Part shown: positions 17,757-23,985 of the stretch, piece by piece
How positions within the stretch are numbered: the stretch's first letter is position 1
How the letters are laid out: every line of letters begins with the position of its first letter
NCBI GenBank assembly: GCA_964432405.1
Contig: CAYSNH010000004.1
Location: 10,737-42,736 of the forward strand
Length of the DNA stretch: 32,000 bases
Origin: an uncultured Candidatus Saccharibacteria bacterium
Lineage (GTDB): Bacteria > Patescibacteriota > Minisyncoccia > UBA6257 > UBA11618
Direction: 5' to 3'
The notes under the pieces: model-generated
What the model was told of the DNA's origin: nothing
Database searches by the model: none
Seen by the model: the letters and a program-made list of their open reading frames with translations, nothing else
Translations under genes and position numbers: made by a program

Positions 17757-18068
17757 TTAAAAGTCTCCAAAGTCTCCAAAGTCTCCAAAGTCTCCAGAAT
17801 CTCCAAAGCCTCCAGAACCTCCTTCTCTACTGAAGCCCTCATTATTACATTTGTGAGCTCTAAAATGTAAATGAGCGCCATGAGCTGGTCCACAATGAAA
17901 GAGTCCGCCACCAGACGACCCTCCACATCCTTGGGAGTTTCCATCTGGAAGAGGAGTACCCCCAGCCTCTACATGAGTTGATCTAGAAGGTGCTCCAAGC
18001 CAAATTAATAATACGGCGATTGCTATAACAACTAACCAAACAAGACTTTTGTTTTTCTTTTTTGTCAT
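17757..18068 (-). CDS. Small secreted/anchored His-Cys-Gly-rich protein ending in (GDF)n repeats
   Basis: 103 aa. N-terminus MTKKKNKS followed by a hydrophobic helix. Core HCGPAHGAHLHFRAHKC. C-terminus GGSGGFGDSGDFGDFGDFGDF. TATAAT (18082-18077, minus strand) is 8 nt upstream of the ATG. Confidence 0.55.
   Translation of the reverse strand: MTKKKNKSLVWLVVIAIAVLLIWLGAPSRSTHVEAGGTPLPDGNSQGCGGSSGGGLFHCGPAHGAHLHFRAHKCNNEGFSREGGSGGFGDSGDFGDFGDFGDF
17760..17822 (-). repeat. 9-bp in-frame tandem repeat (AAAGTCTCC x4 plus 3 degenerate units) encoding GDF/GDS/GGF triplets
   Basis: Directly visible: four perfect units at 17760-17795, then AGAATCTCC, AAAGCCTCC and AGAACCTCC. Confidence 0.9.
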
Positions 18069-18115
18069 ATCTATTAATTATAATAAATTAAATTATCAAT
18101 TAGGTGTGTATAACT

Positions 18116-19165
18116 TTATTTTCTTTCTGCTAACATAGCTTTCTTCTCAAACTCTCTGCTACCACGTCTTACCTTTAAGAGAACGTAGTCACCAACACCT
18201 TTTTCTTCTAAGAAGTCTTGAATAGTTCTTTCTTTAGTTACCTTCTCACCATTAAACTCTAATACAATATCTTTTTCCTTGAGACCGGCTTTGGCAGCTG
18301 GACTGCTAGGAATAATAGCTGGTTGCTTAGAGCTATGCCCTAATACCAAGGCACCATAATCAACTGGTAATTTCATCTTAGCTTGAAGATTTTCATCAAC
18401 CATTACATAACGAAGACCTAATAATGGTCGTTTTATTCTTCCAAATTTATTGAGATCACTTAGGTCTCTTTTTGCGGCGTTGATAGGAATGGCAAAACTA
18501 AGGTTTTGTGCTCCAAAGACTATAGCAGTATTAATACCAATAACTTGCCCCTTTGCGTTAATAAGTGGTCCACCTGAGTTACCAGGATTAACAGCTGCAT
18601 CGGTTTGGATTAAACCTCTCAATTCTTGCATAGGAGTATTAGGGGCTACCGCAGCTGCGATCGAACGAGAGAGTCCAGAAACAATACCTGAGGAAACAGT
18701 ATTTTTAAATAAGCCTAATGCTGTACCAATAGCTAATACTGGTTGACCAAGGGCTATGGCGTCCGAGTCTCCCAAGCCAATTACAGGCAAACTGCGACCG
18801 GTAATTTTTAAAATCGCTACATCCTCAATTGGATCACGAGCTAAAATAGTGGCTTTATATTTCTTGTTGTCGTTAGTAACGACGGTATAGTCTGATTTAG
18901 CATCCGCCACCACATGCTTGTTAGTTAAAATAATACCCTTAGAACTGACAATGAACCCAGAGCCGCTACCAACCTTAATCATACCGTGGGCATCAGTCAT
19001 TTGTTCGAGTTGTTTTTTAGGGTTTAAAAAGGGAAAGAGGGGAAGCAGTTCACGAGGAATTTCTTTTTCCACGTTCTCCAAACTTTTGGAAATAACAATG
19101 CTAACCATGGAGGGCATATTTTTTTGAATAACCTTTTCCCAACTTACCTGTGCCATCTCTAACAT
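18116..19165 (-). CDS. htrA: HtrA/DegP-family serine protease (S1C) with C-terminal PDZ domain
   Basis: 349 aa. Trypsin-fold motifs (TNKHVV, DVAILK, GNSGGPL). PDZ-like C-terminus (SPAAKAGLKEKDIVLEFNGEKV). Confidence 0.9.
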   Translation of the reverse strand: MLEMAQVSWEKVIQKNMPSMVSIVISKSLENVEKEIPRELLPLFPFLNPKKQLEQMTDAHGMIKVGSGSGFIVSSKGIILTNKHVVADAKSDYTVVTNDNKKYKATILARDPIEDVAILKITGRSLPVIGLGDSDAIALGQPVLAIGTALGLFKNTVSSGIVSGLSRSIAAAVAPNTPMQELRGLIQTDAAVNPGNSGGPLINAKGQVIGINTAIVFGAQNLSFAIPINAAKRDLSDLNKFGRIKRPLLGLRYVMVDENLQAKMKLPVDYGALVLGHSSKQPAIIPSSPAAKAGLKEKDIVLEFNGEKVTKERTIQDFLEEKGVGDYVLLKVRRGSREFEKKAMLAERK

Positions 19166-19200
19166 CTTACCAAATATTTATAATAAATTTTATCAACAGG

Positions 19201-19228
19201 TTGACTTTATTTAAAAAGCTGATATTAT
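19201..19228 (+). promoter_or_regulatory. Promoter of GC-rich module C (TTGACT-16-TATTAT)
   Basis: TTGACT at 19201-19206, TATTAT at 19223-19228. Leader of about 30 nt, then AAGGAG at 19261-19266. Confidence 0.5.
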
Positions 19229-19273
19229 CATTTAATATCGTTCTTTGCACAATTGTAGAAAAGGAGTTTCAAG

Positions 19274-19579
19274 TTGGAAACTGGAGTTAAGGAAGGGCTT
19301 GATCGTTGCTATGTGATTCTCAGACGTCCCGAGCGTCAGGATACGGCTATCGTATTGTGTCCGGGGATGGAAATGCACATTTTCGATCAAGACGAGGAGT
19401 CTTTTGACAGATTGTTTAACCAGATTGAGGAGGCTACCGGATGCAAGTTTGTTCCAAGAGGTGATTTAACCTCAGTCGTTTTATATGCAAGAGAAAAGCT
19501 GGAAGACGACTTGCAAGAAAAAGTGGAATTGCTTGAAGACGCTACTTATGCGTCGGCTGAGACCGTTGTACTTGGTTAG
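19274..19579 (+). CDS. Orphan acidic 101-aa protein, GC-rich (module C)
   Basis: TTG start 7 nt after AAGGAG. 33 G+C in line 19321-19380. No signal peptide or TM segment. No family recognised. Confidence 0.5.
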   Translation: METGVKEGLDRCYVILRRPERQDTAIVLCPGMEMHIFDQDEESFDRLFNQIEEATGCKFVPRGDLTSVVLYAREKLEDDLQEKVELLEDATYASAETVVLG

Positions 19580-19598
19580 GGTCTGACAAGCAACACCC

Positions 19599-19631
19599 CC
19601 CGCTTAAGCTGTATAGCTGAGCGGGTTTTTT
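19599..19631 (+). terminator. Rho-independent terminator of module C
   Basis: CCCGCT...AGCGGG outer stem with an inner AGCT/AGCT pairing, followed by TTTTTT. Confidence 0.75.
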
Positions 19632-19641
19632 ATTACACCCC

Positions 19642-19670
19642 TTTACAAAAATAAACTTTTGTTGTATAAT
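19642..19670 (+). promoter_or_regulatory. Promoter of GC-rich module D (TTTACA-17-TATAAT)
   Basis: TTTACA at 19642-19647, TATAAT at 19665-19670. AAGGAG at 19697-19702. Confidence 0.55.
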
Positions 19671-19708
19671 GGCAGATAGTTACTTCACATTTCGAAAAGG
19701 AGTTAGAA

Positions 19709-20101
19709 ATGACTACGTTTTCTGTTACCTTTCCTTCCGCAGTGATGGTTCCTGGTTATGGCGTTATTGATGACGTCGAGCCGGTACGAGGCGCTCATGA
19801 TGCGTGCATCAAGCCAGTGTTGCGGCAAGGAGAAAAGAATCGTGTCCTCAGCTTAGACGAGCTGAAGATGAGAGCTATCGAAGAAAGAGGTGACTTGGGG
19901 ATCAGAGATCTCAATTTCATCATGCAGACCAGCGTCCTACCTGAGGATGGTCTGGTGTACATCTTTCCGGGAACTATCTTGGAAAGAGATGGTGAGGTCT
20001 TCGTGCCTTATACTTACTTCGACAGCGTAGGTCTGACAAGAGGTTTTCGCAATCTCAAGGAAGGCTTCACTCAGCACGACAGGTTTTTCTGTCTTTGTTA
20101 A
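19709..20101 (+). CDS. Orphan 130-aa protein, GC-rich (module D)
   Basis: ATG 6 nt after AAGGAG. 32 G+C in line 19741-19800. No signal peptide. No family recognised. Confidence 0.55.
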   Translation: MTTFSVTFPSAVMVPGYGVIDDVEPVRGAHDACIKPVLRQGEKNRVLSLDELKMRAIEERGDLGIRDLNFIMQTSVLPEDGLVYIFPGTILERDGEVFVPYTYFDSVGLTRGFRNLKEGFTQHDRFFCLC

Positions 20102-20127
20102 AGAGATGGAGAGCTGAAAACACAAAA

Positions 20128-20157
20128 CCCTATCGGTTTTTCCGATAGGGTTTTTTT
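20128..20157. terminator. Bidirectional intrinsic terminator (module D on plus strand, tRNA operon on minus strand)
   Basis: CCCTATCGG-TTTTT-CCGATAGGG perfect 9-bp stem, with AAAA upstream and TTTTTTT downstream. It lies 7 nt from the 3' end of the minus-strand tRNA-Ala. Confidence 0.8.
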
Positions 20158-20163
20158 ATTGTG

Positions 20164-20236
20164 TGGACCGTAGGAGAATCGAACTCCTGACCTCCTCATT
20201 GCAAATGAGGCGCTCTACCGACTGAGCTAACGGCCC
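20164..20236 (-). tRNA. tRNA-Ala (anticodon TGC)
   Basis: Reverse complement GGGCCGTTAGCTCAGTCGGTAGAGCGCCTCATTTGCAATGAGGAGGTCAGGAGTTCGATTCTCCTACGGTCCA. Has the G3:U70 identity pair. Anticodon loop TTTGCAA. Confidence 0.9.
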
Positions 20237-20239
20237 ATG

Positions 20240-20321
20240 CGGAGGGTATAGGAATCGAACCTATGAGGGATTGCTCCCGCCGCTTTTCGAAAGCGGTGCA
20301 TTACCATTCTGCCAACCCTCC
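20240..20321 (-). tRNA. tRNA-Ser (anticodon CGA), long variable arm
   Basis: Reverse complement begins GGAGGGTTGGCAGAATGG. Anticodon stem CCGCT/AGCGG with loop TTCGAAA. Long variable arm. T-arm ATAGG-TTCGATT-CCTAT. Confidence 0.85.
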
Positions 20322-20323
20322 TG

Positions 20324-20396
20324 TGTCCCTACCAGGAATCGAACCTAGATCTAGAGTTTAGGAAACTCTCGTTTTATCCATTAAACTACAGGGACA
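20324..20396 (-). tRNA. tRNA-Arg (anticodon CCT)
   Basis: Reverse complement GTCCCTGTAGTTTAATGGATAAAACGAGAGTTTCCTAAACTCTAGATCTAGGTTCGATTCCTGGTAGGGACA. Anticodon loop TTCCTAA. Confidence 0.85.
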
Positions 20397-20486
20397 AGTT
20401 TTCAATCAACCCTATTATACCGAATTGTCAATTATTTAACAATAGCTGTACAAAGGATATCTAATATTATATATTTTTTTAGTATT

Positions 20487-20559
20487 GGGCCATTAGCTCA
20501 GCTGGCAGAGCGCTTCTATGGCATAGAAGAGGTCATCGGTTCAAATCCGATATGGTCCA
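20487..20559 (+). tRNA. tRNA-Ala (anticodon GGC)
   Basis: GGGCCATTAGCTCAGCTGGCAGAGCGCTTCTATGGCATAGAAGAGGTCATCGGTTCAAATCCGATATGGTCCA. G3:U70 present. Anticodon loop ATGGCAT. Confidence 0.9.
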
Positions 20560-20566
20560 CAGTCAA

Positions 20567-20602
20567 ATAGTACATACTATAGTACATACCTTAGTATATA
20601 CT
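20567..20602. repeat. Three tandem 12-bp units (ATAGTACATACT / ATAGTACATACC / TTAGTATATACT) between convergent tRNA genes
   Basis: Read directly from the sequence. Confidence 0.8.
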
Positions 20603-20614
20603 ATTTTTAATTGG

Positions 20615-20697
20615 CGGAGGGTATAGGATTCGAACCTATAAGGGATTGCTCCCGCCGGTTTTCAAGACCGGTGCATTAGCCGTTCTGCCAACCCTCC
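20615..20697 (-). tRNA. tRNA-Ser (anticodon TGA), long variable arm; genomic CCA follows (to 20612)
   Basis: Reverse complement begins GGAGGGTTGGCAGAACGG. Anticodon stem CCGGT/ACCGG with loop CTTGAAA. 3' end is ...ACCCTCCG followed by CCA. Confidence 0.85.
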
Positions 20698-20718
20698 AAT
20701 TTCACTATTATACCACTT

Positions 20719-21429
20719 TTATCTCGCTCTGGCAATCACCAGGGCTGTTATCTTATTAGCCCCCGCTAACTTTAATACTCGAGCTGCTTCTTTGAGCGTG
20801 GTACCTGAGGTGAAGATGTCATCTATCAATATTACATTCTTTTTCAAAAACTGCTCTGGATTATTAATAAAGAAGGCGTCCTCAACATTCTTTTCTCGAG
20901 CTCCCCAGTCAGGTTGAGCTGCCTGAGAGGCGGTGTTTTTAACTCTTTCTAAATTATCTGGTGACCAGACAAGATGGAGTTGGCCTTTAACAATATCAGC
21001 CATTAGTTCTGATTGATTAAAACCTCTTTTTCTTTTCTTTGAGGAATGGAGTGGCAAGGGGACAACGATAGCATTATCAAGTTTTAGGTTATTGTCTTTT
21101 GCGGCTTTAACCAATAAATGAGCTAAAGGCATAGCTAGACTTTGCCAGCCCTCGTATTTTAACTGCCAAACCATTTTTTTGATAATAGGATTGTCATAAC
21201 TGGTAGCGGGGACTAGTGAATAGAGGGCGTGAGGATGACAGGTATCGTCAGCACTTCTTAAAGTGTTTAAGCAGATAGGGCAGAAGAGCTTTTGATAACG
21301 AGCCGGTGAGGCGAGACAGGTGGTGCAAACAGGTCCATCATCTTGCTCTTTAGCCAGGTGTTTTTCGCAAGTTAAACAAAGCGGAGGAAAGATCAGATCC
21401 AAGAGGCGATTTTTGGTAGCTTTCAACAT
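20719..21429 (-). CDS. comFC: ComF-family protein (ComFC-like phosphoribosyltransferase-fold competence protein)
   Basis: 236 aa. N-terminal Cys clusters (CLTC...CTTC...CPIC). C-terminal PRTase motif VILIDDIFTSGTT. Divergent from pilM. Confidence 0.8.
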   Translation of the reverse strand: MLKATKNRLLDLIFPPLCLTCEKHLAKEQDDGPVCTTCLASPARYQKLFCPICLNTLRSADDTCHPHALYSLVPATSYDNPIIKKMVWQLKYEGWQSLAMPLAHLLVKAAKDNNLKLDNAIVVPLPLHSSKKRKRGFNQSELMADIVKGQLHLVWSPDNLERVKNTASQAAQPDWGAREKNVEDAFFINNPEQFLKKNVILIDDIFTSGTTLKEAARVLKLAGANKITALVIARAR

Positions 21430-21473
21430 ACCTTAACTCTATCCCTACAGGGGAAAATTGTAAATTGAAAATC

Positions 21474-21482
21474 TGTTATAAT
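21474..21482 (+). promoter_or_regulatory. Extended -10 element (TGtTATAAT) for pilM
   Basis: TG at 21474-21475, TATAAT at 21477-21482. The ATG at 21489 is 6 nt downstream with no SD. Confidence 0.4.
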
Positions 21483-21488
21483 TTACTT

Positions 21489-22577
21489 ATGCCATTTGAC
21501 CTATTTAAAAGAGCAGCTAACCCCTCTTCATTTTTAGGGGTAGATATTGGAACTACCTCAATCAAGGTGGCTGAAGTTAAGCGGGGCAAGGATCAGCCTG
21601 AGCTCATTAACTATTCACTTTTTGAAACCTATGATCACCTTGAAAGAACCAATACCGCTCTTCAAACTAGCACTCTTAAGTTGTTTGAAAATGAGATTGC
21701 TGAATATCTTAAGATAATTATTCAAAAAGGAAATTTTAAATCTCGAGAGGTGACAGCCTCTCTACCCTCCTTTTCCGCCTTCACTACCATCATCGACATT
21801 CCTAGTAACATACCAGAATCAGATATTGCTAAGACATTAGGCTTTAAAGCTCGACAATATATTCCTCTGCCTTTAACCTCGGTCACTTTGGATTGGGTGA
21901 AGGTGGGTGAGCGAACAGATGAGCGGGGCAATAAGACTCAACAGATCTTTTTGATATCTGTTCCTAATGATCAAATAAAAAAATATAAAACCATCTTTAG
22001 TAACGCCGGCTTAAATCTTTTAACTTTAGAAGTTGAGGGTTTTAGTTTGGCTCGTATCTTAACCGCTACTATTGATAAGCCCACCTTGATCATCGATATT
22101 GGTTCTCGCTCCACTACTTTCTTAGTGGCTCAAAACGGTCTCCTCAAATACGTTAGTCAATCTGACTTTGCTGGGAGCTCCCTTACCCAAAGCATCGCCT
22201 CAGGTTTAGGGATTAATATTAGAAGAGCTGAAGATTTGAAGCGTAAAAAAGGTTTGGCTGGTTTAGGATATGGTCCGGATAAAGAGTTATCCACATTATT
22301 GGTGCCTTTGCTGGATGTTATAATTAATGAGGCGAAAAGAGTCAAAGATAATTATCAGCATAGCTATCAACAGAAGGTAGCGGGTGTTATTTTATCTGGT
22401 GGCGGAGCTAATCTTTTGAATGCAGAACAGTATTTCAAAGATAAGTTAGAGCTGCCAGTTAGCAAGTCCAATCCGTTTTCTCTTATAGACTACCCACCCA
22501 AACTAGCACCACTGACTGATAAACTTGGACCATCATTATCTGTTGCCCTCGGATTAGGCATCAAACCATTTATTTAA
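21489..22577 (+). CDS. pilM: Type IV pilus assembly protein PilM (actin-like ATPase fold)
   Basis: FLGVDIGTTSIKVAEV and IIDIGSRSTT motifs. Start moved to the ATG at 21489, because the track TTG extension covers the promoter. Confidence 0.85.
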   Translation: MPFDLFKRAANPSSFLGVDIGTTSIKVAEVKRGKDQPELINYSLFETYDHLERTNTALQTSTLKLFENEIAEYLKIIIQKGNFKSREVTASLPSFSAFTTIIDIPSNIPESDIAKTLGFKARQYIPLPLTSVTLDWVKVGERTDERGNKTQQIFLISVPNDQIKKYKTIFSNAGLNLLTLEVEGFSLARILTATIDKPTLIIDIGSRSTTFLVAQNGLLKYVSQSDFAGSSLTQSIASGLGINIRRAEDLKRKKGLAGLGYGPDKELSTLLVPLLDVIINEAKRVKDNYQHSYQQKVAGVILSGGGANLLNAEQYFKDKLELPVSKSNPFSLIDYPPKLAPLTDKLGPSLSVALGLGIKPFI

Positions 22578-23116
22578 TGTCCCCACGAAATACTAATAAT
22601 CAATTTCAAATAGGGCCGGAAAAAAGAGGTGGTTGGTCATGGCGACTAACCGTTTTTTCATTCTTAGTTTTAATAACTGTAGCGGTCATATATCTTGGTC
22701 TAGAGATTGGATATAAGATCTATTTAAATTCTCAGATTGAAGAGACTGATGCAGCAATCGCTCAGCTTTCTGAAACCATTCCCAAAGAAGATCAGGAGAG
22801 ATTTGTCAGCTTTTATTCTCAACTAGCTAATCTTCAATTGTTGTTAGATAAACATAATAAGACTTCTAGCGTGATGCCCTTTCTAGAGAGGAATACTAAT
22901 CGCTCAGTTTATTTTGATTTTGTTGATTTGAGATACAAAGATCGACGCCTTACCTTAGGCGGAGTTGCTACCTCTTACGCTATCTTTTCTCAGCAACTGG
23001 AAGCTTTCAATCGAGCTCCAGAGGTAGAGAGATTGGTAGTTAGCGAGTCACAGTCGATAGGTGGTCGAGTCAATTTCAGACTCTTCGTCACTTTGAAGCC
23101 ATCAATTTTTGAATAA
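22577..23116 (+). CDS. pilN: PilN-like pilus assembly protein (bitopic, coiled coil)
   Basis: 179 aa. One TM helix, then a coiled-coil and ferredoxin-like region. Position after pilM. TAATG overlap with pilM. Confidence 0.65.
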   Translation: MSPRNTNNQFQIGPEKRGGWSWRLTVFSFLVLITVAVIYLGLEIGYKIYLNSQIEETDAAIAQLSETIPKEDQERFVSFYSQLANLQLLLDKHNKTSSVMPFLERNTNRSVYFDFVDLRYKDRRLTLGGVATSYAIFSQQLEAFNRAPEVERLVVSESQSIGGRVNFRLFVTLKPSIFE

Positions 23117-23685
23117 TGAAACCAGCTACAAGAAGAACATTTAGTTTATTGCTCAGCCTAGGCGTTTTGGTTTTGGCTGCGGTTGTTCACGTTCTTTTTG
23201 TGCGACCGGTCTATACAGAAGTAGTTGAGTTAAGAGGCTCCTTAAAGGCTAAGGATAATTTTTATCAAGAACAGGGGCAGGCGATTACTAGAGTCAATGA
23301 TCTGATCGCTCAGTATCAGGGCGCTGGTCAATTGCAACAAACCGTCTCAATGTCCTTTCCTAATAGTGAAAACCTCTCGTCAATTTTTAATCAGTTAAGA
23401 ACATTGGCTGAGATCAATGGTTTATCAATTAGGATTTTTGGTGTAAAGCCGCTGGCTCTTCAACCGCTATCAGAAAGATCATTGGTGAAGAATGTTGGAA
23501 CCCTACAGCTCTCCCTCAAAGTCACCGGTCCTTATGAAAACTTTAAGAACTTTCTTCGGGGAGTAGAGACCAATATTCGGATAATGGACACCCAGCAGAT
23601 AACGATCGAACAGGCGGGTAAGCCAGGTTCTAATTTATACTCATACAAATTATCAATCGATACCTATTATCAAAGCGAAGAATAA
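23116..23685 (+). CDS. pilO: PilO-like pilus assembly protein
   Basis: 189 aa. N-terminal TM helix, coiled coil, C-terminal alpha/beta region. TAATG overlap with pilN. Confidence 0.6.
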   Translation: MKPATRRTFSLLLSLGVLVLAAVVHVLFVRPVYTEVVELRGSLKAKDNFYQEQGQAITRVNDLIAQYQGAGQLQQTVSMSFPNSENLSSIFNQLRTLAEINGLSIRIFGVKPLALQPLSERSLVKNVGTLQLSLKVTGPYENFKNFLRGVETNIRIMDTQQITIEQAGKPGSNLYSYKLSIDTYYQSEE

Positions 23686-23690
23686 ATTAT

Positions 23691-23981
23691 ATGGCAATTG
23701 TAGTAAAAGAAACTAAAAATGGAGTAAATTGGTTTAGCCTGCTTGTAACGGTTTTCTTTTTAATAGTTATTATCGGTGGTGGTTATCTACTTTTCTTCAC
23801 CGAAACTCCTGGTATCGAGGTAGTTTCTCCATCCGTGTTACGCTCCACCAGCGAGATTGCTGAAATTCAGTTAGACCCTTCCGGCGTTGTTAATCATCCC
23901 GAACTAAAGGGTCTCAAGCAGTACGGTGGTCTTCCTAGCGTTGGTAACGTTGGTAGACCCAACCCGTTGTTAGGGTTCTAA
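23691..23981 (+). CDS. Small bitopic membrane protein of unknown function inside the pilus operon
   Basis: 96 aa with a single TM helix (WFSLLVTVFFLIVIIGGGYLLFF). Sits between pilO and pilB. Confidence 0.5.
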   Translation: MAIVVKETKNGVNWFSLLVTVFFLIVIIGGGYLLFFTETPGIEVVSPSVLRSTSEIAEIQLDPSGVVNHPELKGLKQYGGLPSVGNVGRPNPLLGF

Positions 23982-23985
23982 AGTC

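Noticed and set aside
17760-17822. Possible CRISPR-like or regulatory repeat arrays (here and at 31936-32000)
   Set aside because: The units are 9 bp, contiguous with no spacers, and in frame within ORFs. They are coding microsatellite-type repeats, not CRISPR arrays.
17744-17944. 66-aa minus-strand ORF in an alternative frame of the 9-bp repeat (LETLETLET...)
   Set aside because: This is a frame shadow of the GDF-repeat gene. It lacks a plausible start context and overlaps the better-supported 103-aa ORF, which has a promoter and a signal sequence.
19582-20045. Shared 11-mer GGTCTGACAAG in the module C 3' UTR (about 19582) and inside ORF D (about 20031)
   Set aside because: Exact 11-mer matches are expected by chance many times in a 32-kb window, and there is no extended similarity around them.
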